This document shows positions 1-13,000 of a stretch of 64,000 nt of DNA, one piece after another. The stretch is from Podarcis tiliguerta (Eukaryota). Both the position numbers and the translations under genes were made by a program. The notes under the pieces are model-generated. The model made no database searches, was not told the origin of the DNA, and was given only the letters and a program-made list of their open reading frames with translations. Within the stretch, counting starts at the first letter, position 1; every line of letters begins with the position of its first letter. The stretch is from NCBI GenBank assembly GCA_965153285.1, contig OZ229111.1; one strand, given 5' to 3'.

Positions 1-778
1 CGTATAGGGCTTTAAAGGTTAAAACCAGCACCTTAAACCTGATCCTGTACTCCTCCGGGAGCCAGTGCAGCTGGTATAGCACCCGGTGAATGTGCTCCCG
101 TGGCAAGGACCCCGTAAGGAGTCTCGCTGCAGCATTCTGCACCCGCTGGAGTTTCTGGGTCAGTCTCAAGGGCAACCCCATGTAGAGTGAGTTACAATAA
201 GTCTGGAGGTGACCGTCGCGTGGATCACAGTGGCTAGGTCAGGGCGAGAGAGGTAAGGAGCCAACTGCTTAGCTTGGCGGAGATGAAAAAATGCTGCCTT
301 TGTTGTAGCTGCAATCTGCGCCTCCATGGAAAGGGAGGTGTCAAAGATTACACCCAAACTCTTAACGGACGGTGCTGGCACTAATTGCGCCTCCGCAAGA
401 GATGGGAGTTGCCCCCCCATCCCATATTGTCCCGTCCCAGCCATAGGACCTCTGTCTTCAAAGGATTTAACTTCAACCGGCTCCCACATAACCATCCAGC
501 CACAGCTTCCAGACATCTAGTCAGTGTGTCTGGGGCCGAGTCAGGATGGCCACCCATCAACAGATAGAGTTGGGTGTCATCGGCATACTGATGGCAGCCC
601 AGCCCAAAACTCCGGACAAGCTGGCCGAGGGGGCGCATAAAGATGTTGAAAAGCATCGGGGAGAGTATCGCACCCTGGGGTACTCCACACACCAAGGAGT
701 GGCATGACGACAGTTCCCCCCAAGTGCCACCCTCTGTCCCCGACCAGAGAGAAATGAGCACAGCCATTGAAGGACTGT
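1..778 (-). mobile_element. L2-clade LINE fragment (reverse transcriptase region), frameshifted and 5'-truncated; runs off the window start
   Basis: Minus-strand ORFs 381..767 and 166..516 give GVPQGAILSPMLFNIFM...HQYADDTQLY and VKSLGVIFDTSLSMEAQI...LATVIHATVTSRL, typical L2/CR1-group RT motifs split over several frames. Confidence 0.92.
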
Positions 779-816
779 ATATATAGAGTCAGACCTCAGT
801 TCCATCTTCTGCAGTA

Positions 817-1052
817 CAGTGGTACCTTGGTTTGCAACCGCTTTGGATTATAACCGTTTTGGATTACAACCACGTCAAACCCGGAAGTGTGTGTCCCTTT
901 TTTTGGATTACAACCCATTTTTTTTTTAATTACAACCAATTTTTTGGGGGGGGAGGCCCCATTGGCGAAAGTGTGCCTTGGGTTACAGCCTGTTTTGGTT
1001 TACAACCGCACCTCCGGAACGGATTATGGTTGTAAACCAAGGTACTGTACTG
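817..1052. mobile_element. Non-autonomous Tc1/mariner (Tigger-like) MITE
   Basis: Left end TA|CAGTGGTACCTTGGTTTGCAACC and right end GGTTGTAAACCAAGGTAC..ACTG|TA are inverted terminal repeats flanked by TA. Confidence 0.8.
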
Positions 1053-2034
1053 TACTGTCTACTGTTACTGACAGCGAATCTTTAGGGTGTTGGGCTGTTG
1101 CCTTTTCCAGTCCCCAGATCCTTCAAATCTATTTTGACCCTGAGACTGAGGTTGGAGACCTGCATGCAAAGCATGAGCTCTACCATTTGTCTTATATAAA
1201 CGGCTACTTATATATTGCCACTAATCCTTACAATCTATTAGAACGTGTTGTGTTCTGAGTTGAGAACCCGTGGCCCTCCAAATATTGTTAGAACACCAGC
1301 CCTGATCAGCAGTGGTCAGGGATGATGGCGTTGTAGGCCAATAGCACCCACCCCTGCTCTACTTTTGGACCTCAGCATGCAGGTAGGTATAGGCTTGATT
1401 TTTGGAGGCAGAAGGACAGAAGCAAATCTAGACACCATCCTGGAGTTTATTCCCTCATCCTGGCTGGGTGTTCTGGCCCTCACTGGGGATGGGAATCCCA
1501 CAGGCCTGCGCATGTCTGTGTGCAATGTGACTATGGCCACATTCACAACATACATTTAAAGCACAATGATGCCATTGACATCACTGTACTTTCCAGCGCT
1601 CCCTGTGAAGAGGGATTGTTTGGTAAGTCACTCTGGAAATCGTAGTTCTGAGAGGGCAGCTGGGCTCTCCTAACAGCTCACAGCACCCTTTAAAAACCAC
1701 AGCTCCCAGACTCTTTTGGGAGGGGAAGGTGGTATCACCGTGACATGAATGTGACTTTGTGCAAAATCCATAGAGAATGCAGGAGAACCCACCCATTAAT
1801 GAGCTTTTCCCCATCTGCCATGTCTAGCATTCTGACAGTTGGAAGTAAATTTTGCTAGGTTGCAGTCTTCTGTCTTAAGACGCTGTGAGCTGTAAGTGAA
1901 AGCTTCCTGCTGAACCTCTGGGCTGTGGAGTGCCTTAGCTGGGAGCTATGCCCAGATGGGGAATCTTATACCCTGTATCAGAGCTTGGTTTGGTTTAGCA
2001 GTGCAGAGGCAGGCCAGTTAAAACATGTTTTGGT

Positions 2035-3297
2035 TTGGGGTTTTTTTATGAAATCATTTTTATTGGTTTTACAAATACAAACTATAAATGAACACAAACT
2101 AGTAAAAACATATCTATATAAAGAGATTCCCCGAATCTCAAAACTTCCCCCCATCTCCTCCATGGGGGTCTCATTTTAAACATCTACAACTGCATATTGA
2201 TCTGTATCAAACCATATTGTCCATAATAATTTTTACACTACAAGTGAGTCAAAATCTTGCTCTTGTTTCCATCTGCTTACAGTGGTCTCCTACATAACTT
2301 ATAATTTTTTCCCATTCTTTTATAAAGTTTTTATCCTCTTGATTTCTGAGTTTTCCAGTCAGCTTTGCCATCTCGGCATAGCCCATCAGCTTGGTTTGCC
2401 ATTCCTCTCTGGTAGTGACTTTGTCTTCTTTCCAGTTCTGGGATAATAACATCCGGGTGGCTGTTGTTCCATGTATGAAGAGTATTTTCTGCTCCTTTGG
2501 TATGTTAGTACCTGTAATTCCTAATAAAAAGGCTTCTGGTTTCTTAACAAAAGTTATTTTAAGCATTTTTTATTTCATTATATATCATCTCCCAGAATGC
2601 TTTTATTACCTTACAAGTCCACCACATATGATAAAAGGTGCCTTCTTTTTCTTTACATGTCCAGCAGGTATTTGAACTTGTCCTATACATTTTTGCTAAC
2701 TTAGTAGGAGTCAAATACCACCGGTACATCATTTTCATATAATTTTCTTTCAGTGTACAACATGCCATAAATTTCAAATCTGATTTCCATAACCTTTCCC
2801 AATCTGCCATCTGAATATTTTGTCCCAAATACTTTGCTGACTTGACCTGTTCATCTTTTGTGGGCCGCTCTAAAAACCAAGCTATACATTTTAGATAATG
2901 ATTTAACATTATTTTCTAACAAATCTTTTTGAAATCTTAATAATTCACAACTAAAACCTTTCTTTTTATCTATCTTAAATATATCATTTAATTGGTGAAA
3001 CTGTAACCAGTCCATTATTAAATCCCTTATCTCATCATAATCTTTTAGTTCCACCAGCTCTCTATATGTCAGCCAATTAATTCTCATATTCGCTTTTTTC
3101 AAAGATATTATTTCTAAAGGGGAAAGCCACCAAGGTGTTTTTTTTGCTTTTTCCCATACCAGAAAGATTGATTTTCTTATTAGATGATTCTGAAAACCTT
3201 TATTCACCTTAGCTTTCTCATACCATAAGTATGCATGCCATCCAAATCTGTTGTCATGTCCTTCCAAATCTATTATATCTGCCTTTTTCAATATTAT
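2035..3297 (-). mobile_element. L1-clade LINE 3' fragment (ORF2 C-terminus, 3'UTR and A-rich tail), degenerate
   Basis: Successive minus-strand ORFs include KENYMKMMYRWYLTPTKLAKMY..CWTCKEKEGTFYHMWWTCK (L1-type CCHC knuckle). T-rich tail with TTTATT (minus-strand AATAAA) near 2035-2065. Confidence 0.88.
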
Positions 3298-4570
3298 CCA
3301 TTCCCAGAGTCAGCAAAGGCAGGATGCCTCATAATAAGGTTGTGCTGTAATAAACCTCTTTGCTCTCTGCCACCACAGTTGGAGGCAGCAAGGCTTCTGA
3401 ATGAAACCACAGGAGGGAAGAGGACTCTTGTGCTCAGATCCTGCTTGCTGGTTTCCCACAGCTTGGCAACGGTTAGAACAGGGTTGGCCTGATCCAGCAG
3501 GCTCTTCTTTTGTTCATATGTGTTCTCTACAGCTCAGTTTTGCAGTAGTTTACAGATATGTTGAAGCTTGTTTTAATGAAACGGTTGCATTTGTTTTTCC
3601 TTCTGCTCAGCAATTTTAGAATATTAAGCAGTTTAGTTGCTTTTAATCAACTAAGTAAGTGGTTGAGGGGAGAAATCCATGAGCTGTGCTCCTTCAGGCA
3701 GCCGATGGCAGCTCACATGACTGAATGCTGATCCATAGAAAGCAAATTCCTTCCACATAGAAAAGGGTAGGAGTGTATTTTGTAAAGGAGCATCAGAGCC
3801 CTTTCCTGCAGCCTGAAGCCGTGCAAGACAGTCCTATAAGAACCAAGATGACCTGATGTGTTATCAAAGTGTGCTGACTTACATTATCCTACCTAACTGG
3901 GCACTGCCCCCACCCAGTTTCAGACTCGGATCAAAACTCTTATGTTAGGAGGTCTTCGCACCCTGAATGCACCTCAAATGTTTTACATAGTGTTTTAGTT
4001 TGTGAGGTTTTATATTCTTGAGGTTTTAAATGATGCATATTGTATGTGGTGTTTTTTTATTATTGTACACTGCTTTGAGACCTACGTGGTGTGAATAGCT
4101 CCATAATGGCCAGGGATTAGGAGTCCAGTCTCCTCTGCAAAGGCCACAGTTTCCTCATGCCTGCTTTATGCGATGGGAGCTCCCCTCAGATCTCAAGGAA
4201 GTGCCCCACTGAATTGGGGAGTGGAGCTCCGGAAGGTGGAAGCCGCTCTCCTGATTCTTGGAATGAACCTGCAGGACGATGACATTCATTCTTAAGAAGC
4301 TTTTTGGCTATTTTTAAGTCAGGCAGGTAGTTCAGTCGATTGGATAAAGCAAGGCTTTGGATTAAGATCTTCTCCAAAGGGAGACATTGCCAGACAAGTG
4401 GATAAAAAGTTCAATGTGGATGTGAAAGACTGGAGAAGCAAACAATGGTGTGTGCTGTGCAAAGGTGGGGGATTGCATCGTGTACAGGGCACACTCCTTT
4501 CAAGCTGACCTGTTCCCTGAGCACTGATTGTTTTGCAGCAAGATGGTTCCTGTTATTCAAGGGATTGGGT

Positions 4571-4812
4571 CAGGCATGGGCATCCTGTGGCCTTCCAGAT
4601 GTTTTTATTAATTATTACATTTATGTACCACCTTTGTCTTCCAAGGAACTCAAGGTGTACATGGTTCTCCTCTTCTCTACTTCATTCTCACAACAACTCT
4701 GTGAGGTAGGTTAAGCTAAGAGATGGCAAGTAACCCAAGGTCACCCAGTCACCCCGACCACACGTCAGGCTGGCTGGGACGGAGGAGATTTGGAGCCCAA
4801 CAGCGCCTGGTT
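4571..4812. mobile_element. hAT-type palindromic MITE interrupted by a MIR/Squam3-like SINE fragment (about 4605-4750)
   Basis: MITE start CAGGCATGGGCATCCTGTGGCCTTCCAGATGTT, then SINE core CTCACAACAACTCTGTGAGGTAGG...CCCAAGGTCACCCAG, then the MITE right half GGAGATTTGGAGCCCAACAGCGCCTGG. Confidence 0.6.
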
Positions 4813-7047
4813 AGGTAGATGGCAGCATTCTGTAAAACCAGGAAATATTGTCTACATGGCACCTAAATGTATAACAAGCATGTGCAACTGTAGAAAAGTT
4901 AGGCATTGTGGAATACCTGGAATGAGGCCTTGGAGAGTTGTTAGCAGTCAATGTAGACTGAATGGAGAATCTGTAGATGCAGTTGGACTCCAATTGCCAA
5001 CAGCCTCCAGTAGAAGGTTGCTTTATATGCTCATATGTAAAATTCTCTACAAAGAAATGCTCCCTGTGTGGGAGAAGAGGCTTCCCGGATGGTGCTTCAG
5101 CGTTAGACTGCGTGCATCTCATCACTTTCAGGACTTACTCGTCAAACCTGATGCCACATTGGTGAAGGTTCTGTGTGAAATCTCCTTTCAGTTTTGCCTT
5201 CAGGCTCACTTCTTAGCCACCGCTGTGCCAAAGGGTGCCTTCACGCATTCAGAGCTGTTAATCCAGCTGGCTGCTTTGGTGATTTCTAACAGCAGCAGTT
5301 GCCGGCAGGAACGCATGGTGAGAATTGGGGGCATTGCAGGAGCCCTGGGGCTCAAATTAGGCTATTGCTGGAGTGTTGTTGCTCAAATTGGGGGTGTCTC
5401 TAACAGCTGGAGCTTCTAGAGGGGCAAAGATTTATCAGGAGGCATGATCTTGAAGGTTGTTTTTGGCAGGGTGCATGAAAATGTGAAGGAGGCAAGGCTA
5501 CTTCCGTCTTGAGCAATGATCTCAAACGTTTCTTGTTCCGTTTCAGGAATGCAGGCCGAGACTTTACCAAGAAAGGAGTCCGGGTGCAAGGCTTCATGGG
5601 TGTGGGCCAAAAGGATCACTGTCTTTAGGGAGAGGGGGCAGCGCTGGGTTGCAGAATGGTTCCTCCCTTGAATGTTTCCTCCTCCTTTCCAGCCAGGCAG
5701 TTGCTGATGTCACTTATCTCATTCCAGCATGCAGAAAAGGACCAAAAGAAACACAAAAAAGTTCAAAACAACTGTATTGTGGATCTGCCCAGTTGAGCCT
5801 GCCAAGGGTTTGTTTGTCCTGGATCTGGACCAAATAGATCATGCTCAGCTGAACAGCCTTCTCACAATTGCTTGTTGTCCCCAGGAGTCAGGTAGCAGGA
5901 AGACACAGAGGAGGCATTTGTACACTCCAGATGTTTTGCAGGGGAAGGGTTGCCACCACTCTGCCCCAGTGGGGTGATAGGACGGCTTAGATAGCAAAGA
6001 CCCTAAACCCCAATCTAAACCCTTTTTATCTGAGTGTTGGAGAACTGGAAAGGTCTTTAATGCTGTTACTAGCAGTGCCTAATTTGTCAGGGTTAATTCA
6101 ATTTTGGAGGCTGCTGTGCAGAGTTCTCGTTTTGCCCAGCATTTTCTGCCAAGTCACTCTGAAGACTTCCCTTCCAAAGATTCCTTTGCAAAGTCATGGT
6201 TTTTGGGAAGTGCAGCGTCAGGTGTCCCCTAACACAAGGAGGCAGCCTTGGGTGCTGAATCAGTTTCTGACACGTGAGGGGGAGCCTCTGACCACACACA
6301 CTTCCTGCTGAGAGAAGCAGCCTCTGGAATGACCCTGCATTTTTTAAAAACCATCCATATTATTTTAAATGTAGACCAGAAGATTGTTTCTTTTTCTTTT
6401 CTTTTTTGGGTTTGTCAGCAATGTTGCAAATAGTATTTTTTAATGTCTTTTAAAAAAAAGATTTTCTTGATTTACAAAGGTGTGTGCAATGTCTCTCTCA
6501 CTCTCTCGTTTTTTTTTCCAGGTAACTTTGTGTTTTTTTTTACAAATTGGTTTCATTTGTTGAGGAAGAATAGGGGGAAAGAGGTGGAGGGGGGGAAAGA
6601 TGGGTGGGGGTGGGGTCGGGTGGTGATGTTTCTATTTTACTTAATATATGTGGGGTTTTGTGTCAGCGTTGCTTGTGCAGGTTCTCTGCTGTTCACTTGT
6701 GTTCCTTTGGTGGTGAGAGAGGTTGGGGTTGTTTTCAGAAGCCTGTGTTTCTGTAGCCTCTCTGTGGAAATCGGCACCTGCAATCTGGGTTCCCCTTCTT
6801 GAGAGCTAGCAAAGCACTGCGGAACTTCCTGTTTCCCCACCCCTTAAAACTTGCAGGAATCCTGTCTTATTGCACATCCATGGTTCTTCCAGAACAGCCC
6901 TTGCCAACCCGGTGCTCTCCAGTTCCTTTGGACTGCAGTTGCCATCACAGCCACTGGGCAGGACTGATGGGATTTGGAGTCCGGCAACATCTCCAGGGGC
7001 ACATTCCACGCTAGACTTCCCGCTTGGGGTGGGTGTAGCAATTATGC

Positions 7048-7178
7048 CAGGGCTGGGGGATCCCTGCCTCTCCAGATGTTGCTGGACTGCAGCTGCCTTC
7101 ATCTTTTGGCCAGGCCAGCAGGGGCTGATGGAGTTGGAGTCCAACATTACCTGGAGGGCCAAAGGTTCCCCAGCCCTG
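7048..7178. mobile_element. Representative copy of an abundant ~130-bp palindromic hAT-type MITE (other copies at about 1263, 6890, 8180, 9595, 10725, 11200, 12720, 14401, 15220, 18430, 24975, 31640, 32540, 32877, 50258, 57210, 60420)
   Basis: TIRs CAGGGCTGGGG...CCCCAGCCCTG and an internal inverted pair of the type GGACTNCAACTCCCATCA / TGATGGGAGTTGNAGTCC recurring throughout the window. Confidence 0.82.
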
Positions 7179-7606
7179 GTCTGAATACACCTGGTCTGAA
7201 CACCAGAGATGCAATGCCAAAATCACATCAGTGCACATAATACAAGCCCTTCAGACAGAGTAACCTCTTTTGGCTGGCGGAACTGGTAAAAGTGGATGCC
7301 CCCACCACCACCCTCAATTTCCCCTCTTGTAAGGATAAAAACACCTGGTTCTAGGAACAGCGATCACCTCCATGCTGCTTCTCAAAGCTCAGGCACTTTT
7401 ACATAGGTTTGTCTTCAAACCTGTGTTTGATCCCTCAGTACATCCCTGAAACAGCTGCAGATCTTGCACTCAGTCCCTGCGCCCCCCCCCCCCCAGTGCT
7501 CATGGCTGTGTGCAGCGCTGTTTTTCACCACAGGAGGGCATTCCTTCCACTGTGTCCTCTCCCTGATTTTATTTGAAGTGGTGAGATCTAAAGGTGTGCA
7601 CTAATC

Positions 7607-8082
7607 TAGAATATGGCAGCTAGACTGGTGACTGGGAGTGACTGCCGGCACCATATAACACCGGTCCTAAAGGATCTTCACTGGCTCCCATTATGTTTCC
7701 AAACACAATTCAGTGTTGGTGTTGACTTGTGAAGCCCTAAACAGTCTCAGCTCCGTATAACTGAAGGAGCGTCTCCACCCCCATCGTTCAGCCTGGACAC
7801 TGAGGTCCTCCTCTGAAGGTCTTCTGCTGATTCCCTCACTGCAAAAAGTGAAGCTACAGGGAACCAGGCAGAGGGCCTTCTCAGTAGTGGCACCCACCCT
7901 GTGGAACGCCTTCCCATCAGATGTCAAGGAGATGAAGAATTACACAACTTTTAGAAGACATCTGAGGGCAGCCCTGCATTGGGAAGTTTTTAATGTTTCA
8001 CGTTTTACTATGTTTTTATATGTGCTGTAAGCCGCCCAGAGTGGCTAGGGAAATAATAAAATTATTGTTATTATTATTACTA
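7607..8082 (+). mobile_element. L2 LINE 3' end
   Basis: Translates in pieces to NMAARLVTG..HITPVLKDLHWLP and RQRAFSVVAPTLWNAFPSDV. Ends with GTAAGCCGCCCAGAGTGGC and an (ATT)n-like tail. Confidence 0.85.
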
Positions 8083-8376
8083 TTACCTATTGTGGAAGAG
8101 AACCACAGTAGGTGTTTGGTGGGTTTTTGAAAAATATTTTTTCCTGCTCAGACTTTTCTGTTCTGTTTAATGGCACTGTAGTGCCCTCCAGCTGTTTCTT
8201 GACTCCAACTCCCATCATCCTCAGCACAGTCAATGGTCAAGGGCTGATGGGATTTGGAGTCCAGCAGCAGCCACAGTCCCCCCATTCCTGGCCTAAGACC
8301 TGTGTGGAGATGGATGATCTGCCCTGCAGTTCGTGTTGCCATTGCTCTTGATTCTTCTCCTTCTTTGCTCCCCCAG

Positions 8377-8544
8377 GGGTGCTGGCTCTCTGGACCCTGA
8401 TCACCCATGTGATGTACGTGCAGGATTACTGGAGGACGTGGCTGAAAGGCTTGAGGTTCTTCCTCTTTGTCGGCGTTCTCTTTGGTATCATCGCTCTGGT
8501 GGGCTTCTGCACATTCCTGGCCTTGGCCATCTCACAGCATCAGT
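8377..8544 (+). CDS. SLC48A1: Heme transporter HRG1, coding exon 2 (168 nt, phase 1 to phase 1)
   Basis: Polypyrimidine acceptor TTCTTTGCTCCCCCAG|GG and donor CAGT|GTAAGT. Translates to (G)[55 protein letters not shown], recognisable as HRG1 (compare human [26 protein letters not shown]). Confidence 0.97.
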
Positions 8545-9872
8545 GTAAGTTGGGGGGCATTTGCTGTTCGGCTATAGCAAGAGCTGAGTAGGTTCTGTGT
8601 GGCCCCAAAAGCAAAACAAGCAAAATCAAAATTTTGCTCCCCGAAAATACTGTATTCTGCAGTCCATAATCCTCAGTGGCAGAACACTTGCTTTGCTCAC
8701 AGAAGGTCCTCGGTTCAGTCCCTGGCATCTCCAGATGAAAGGATCACCCAGCTGCAGTGGGGGTGGAATGGACCTTTTGCCTGAGGCTTTGGCGACTCGC
8801 TGTTGGAAACAGCAAGCTGCACTGAGCTCGATGGGTCAGTAGACTGGCTTGGTTGGTCGAAGGCAAATTGGCATGTGCAAAAGATAGAGGGATGAGCCAC
8901 AGTTGCTGCTTTGTATGCAGAATGTCTCAGGTTCTGAGCTGGGTCTCTCCAGCCAGAAGAATCTTAGGGAGCAGGGCTCCAAAATGTCTCTGTGGCTAAG
9001 AATTTACAGAAGGATGGCCCAACTTTTTATACGAAGTGGGCTGCAAGAGTGTTTTGAACCCACAGGCCGCACACTGCCTGGTTGTGGAGGTGGGGAGAGC
9101 AAGGCCAAAATTGGACATGCACCCACATGTTGCCTTCCCAAAGGTGGATAAATGAGGCTCTGGGCTTTGGGAAGGAGGCACGAGGCTCTGGCAGGGTCCT
9201 TGAGCCCTCCCTCCCTCATTTCTCCCTTGTGCCTCCTTCCCAAAGCCCAGCGTCTCACCTGCCCAACTTTCGGAAGGTGGCATGCTGAGGGCCGCCAGAA
9301 AATGCGTTGAAGGCCACATGTGGCCCTTGGGCTGCGCATTGGACCAGCCTGATTTACATGGATGCTACTGTTACGAATAGACAATACTGGGAGAGATGGA
9401 CTAGCAGGAGTCCAACTGAGAATAAGAGAAGGTCATATATTCCCATTCGCATTACTTGGTGTTTCCATGTGTCCTGGGGAGGGGAATTTGTTAGGGAACC
9501 TGCCTTGAAGGGGGATTCACTTTAGCTTCAACTTGGAGCCAAGGGGAGCTTTGCTTTTGCTTCTGAAGCTTCAGGTCCCGGCCTTCCAAAATGCAGGGGA
9601 AGGGATCCTGCGCACCCTCCTGCTACTGCAACTCCCATCAGCCCTGACTATTGTCTGTGCCGGCCGGAGCTGAAAGGAGCAGGAGCCAAGCATCACCAGG
9701 AGGGTCTCAGGTTCCCCACCCTGCCTGGCGATTCCCATAGGAGGCATTTATTCTATTGGCTTCCTTTGGCTGTGGCAACTCATCCAGTGGAGTCTTCAGT
9801 AATGAGCAAGGGAGGCTCTGTTCTCTCTCTCTTTTCTTTAACATTATTAATGGTGCTTGTTCTTCTGTTTAG

Positions 9873-10009
9873 CCCTGAAAGACCCAAAGAGCTACTACCT
9901 GTCCTGTGTCTGGAGCTTCATCTCCTGGAAGTGGGCCTTCCTCCTCAGCTTGTACTCCCATCGGTACAGGAATGAGTTTGCAGACATCAGCATTCTCAGT
10001 GACTTCTGA
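9873..10009 (+). CDS. SLC48A1: Heme transporter HRG1, last coding exon (137 nt including TGA)
   Basis: Acceptor TTCTTCTGTTTAG|CC. Joined in frame to exon 2 it gives [45 protein letters not shown], the HRG1 C-terminus. Stop TGA at 10007-10009 is followed by TAA. Confidence 0.97.
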
Positions 10010-13000
10010 TAAAGACCCAGACTTCTAAACTCCAGCAAGGAGAGGAGGCACGTGGAAGGAGGGGAGGCCCCCTCTGGGCAGACCCTGGCAGGAAGGTGCT
10101 GGCAAGGAGGACCACCCCTGGGAGGCCGAGAGCAGGAGCCGGCGTCCACCTCTGCTTTCCCCCCCTCTGCTGGCTTCCGTAGGCGCTCTCCCTTATTCCA
10201 TTTAGCCTGTCGCTCCGGCTTGCACCCTCAGTCTCGTGCGTATGTGTGTGTTTTTAACTTTCACCAGCGTTTTGTTCCAGCTTGGAGGGATGGTTCAAGG
10301 TCCACAGCAAGACCCAAGGTCCTGGTCCAAGTCCTCCTGGGCCCAATACATTTCCCTCTTGTACTTTGGAGTGGTGGGGGAACAACATGAAGGCTGAAGA
10401 AACAGGCAGAGCCACCATCGCCACTCATAGCCGTTGTCTTGTTGCCGCCTGCCGGGTGTGTGGTGAAGGCCCAAGGCGGTGAAGAAAGGAAGGGACTCCT
10501 TTCACAGAGAGATGTATTTTCATAAGCGCAAGGCACAAATCCATTTTAAGAGGAAACTATTTTGAACAGAAGCCCTGACCCCGTTGTCGTCTTGCTGTTG
10601 CTCATGGCTTTTGAGGCCGGAAGACCGTGGGGAGTTTTGTGCCCAAAATAGTCCCCCTGCCCCCAGTTCTTCTCCTGGCTCCTTTTAAATTGTTGGGTTT
10701 GATGTTTCAGAGTGAGATTCAGACCAGGGATGGGGAAGCTGTGGTGCTTCAGCTGCTGTTGGGCTTCAACTGCCTCAGCCAGCATGGCCAGTGGGCGGGG
10801 ATGCTGGGAGTTGTAGCCCAACAACAACAGGTGGACCACGAGTTCCCCATACCTGGTTCAGGTGAAGCTGTGTGCCTGTGCTGACACTGTCCCTGCTGTT
10901 GAGGATTAGCTCTATGGAATTTGGAAGGGACATAAAACACCCTTCAAACCCCACAGCCCAGCCCCCCTTTTAAGGGTCAGCTGCTAATGTGTTCCTTGTA
11001 TCCATTGTCTAAAACTGTTACATTATAAAGCAGAAACAAATCATTTATTTAGACTCTAATGCTCCAGTCAGTTCTGAGTGTGTCATCTGTGTCTCACACA
11101 TATGTTTGGACCAAAATACGTAATTAGCCACATGGTTCTTGCACGTGGGGGTGAGTGGATGGGTCAGTGGAAGAAGAGGTTTCATGCCTGAGGATTGGGG
11201 GTGGCTGTTGTACCCCTGTGCCCCTTCGCCCCAAAAGCTCTTGGACTCAGCTCCCAACAGCCCCCAGCCAGTATGGGGTCAGGAATTATGGGAGTTGGAG
11301 TCTAGCGGTAACTGGGGGGCCACTGAAACCCTCCCCCCATCAATTGAAAATGGACTTCGACTAAGGAATTCCAAGATAGCCACTGGTGGTTGCATTAAAT
11401 AGCATCACATCTGCATTTTATTATTGTAACACTTAGCCTTTTAAGATCAAGCCTGGCCGGGAGCAGAGCTGGCAATGGGTGTGATCTTGTAAGAAGGAAT
11501 GGGTTCTCGGAATCTCTCTGCGTCACTTGGATCTGAATTGTTGCATCTGAACACCTGTGAGGGTTTCCCACTGCGCTCTTAACCCAGAACCTTTTGCTAG
11601 TACCAGATTCTGTGGCGCCATTTCTCTTCTCCACCCCCCGGCTCACACCTTTTCCCTTTGCAGTGCTGATCTTTCCGTTGGGCACAGAGGGCTTGCTGAG
11701 TGCTTCCCATCTCTTCTCAAACAGAGAGCTGTACCCATCAGCTTGTGTCTGGTAACCTAGGTCTCATCCAAACTAGGCCTGATGGACGCACTGCCTGGAT
11801 TTCTTAACATAACCTTAAACTTGACAATGTGACTAAGGGATGGATCCACTCTATATAAACTTTTTACATCCTTATACTCTGAGTGTGTGGACCCTGCACA
11901 GTGGATGCTCCCCAGGTATTTAAGTGGTGGCTGGCCCTTGTTGTTTCTCGGTTTGCCTGGAAGCAACTTGAGGAGAACCATGTGTCCCCTTTGGAGATGC
12001 AGGAGTTGTTCACCCACTGAATGTGAGCTTATTGCAGATCTAAATCTGGGCCTATGAAAGAATGCTAAGCCGTTCCCATGCGACATGCCTGGAGACCCAA
12101 GGAAGACAGATGTAGCAACTCTTCCTACCTTTCAGTGAATTCTGGATTCTTCATGCGGCCTCCTGCACTTTGTAACAGCTTCATTGTTTTTAAAATGGGC
12201 ATTTCAACGGCCTCAGAAGTAGATCTTAAGAGATTGTCAGGGTAATGCAGGCACAGCTATTTGTAAAGGTATGGTAACTCGGACCCAAACCATTTAGGAC
12301 TTTAGAACTCATCCCCATCAATTTGAATTGGGCCTAGAAACAAGCGGTGCAATGTGATGCTCCAACTTCCTGCCCACAACCAGGAGCTGGTGAGCGGCAT
12401 TCTTTGCAGCTTTACGTTTCTGAACCATCTCCAATGACAACCCCATGTGGAGCACGTGATGATGTCCACTGATTGTCCCCTCCTGAAAACAAGAAACTTT
12501 GAGAAGCACAGAAGAAAATTGGTGGCTGCCGATTGTTATCTATTTGCAAATGCAGGAGAAGCAAAAGGGCAAACCCTGTTGCCTCGTGGAATGAGGGGAA
12601 GCAGGGATAATGAGAGAGCGGGTGACTAGCTAAAGAGGACTTGGCCACTGGTGAAAAATAATCTGCCACACCAGCAGGGGAAGTCAGTGGTCCATCTGTA
12701 GTGCATGCAGGTGCAGGCAGGCAGCAGGGTGCTCTCCAGGTGCTGGACTCCAGCTCACATCAGCTGCAGCCAGCATGGGCACTGGCCAGGCATGATGGGA
12801 GCTGGAGTCCAACAGTATCTGGAGGGCTTGAGGTTGGCCACCCCTACCTTCTGTCCTTTGCTCTCCATGGAAACTTTGGCCCTCGGCTCATTAGGGGATG
12901 GGACCTTGTGATGTTGCCCTGCTTTTGCAGTACAATTCGTAGGCTGCTTTCTGTTCCCCTGCTTCAGCCCTTGGAAATAACTTTTACCAGCGTGTGTTTT

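Noticed and set aside
4790-5419. 209-aa ORF in the presumed SLC48A1 intron 1
   Set aside because: Non-ATG start, overlaps MITE relics, no recognisable domain and Cys/Trp-rich random composition.
6890-7178. Hairpin-forming repeats as miRNA genes or a CRISPR-like array
   Set aside because: Dispersed palindromic MITE copies in a eukaryotic genome, with no regular repeat-spacer structure.
1-8376. SLC48A1 coding exon 1
   Set aside because: No segment resembling ..AYSG..GFSIFLVW..AMGGLA and no CpG-island promoter found. It is presumed upstream of the window.
8665-8735. tRNA-like sequences (also at about 42735 and 45413)
   Set aside because: Degenerate SINE heads that lack intact cloverleaf pairing; not tRNA genes.
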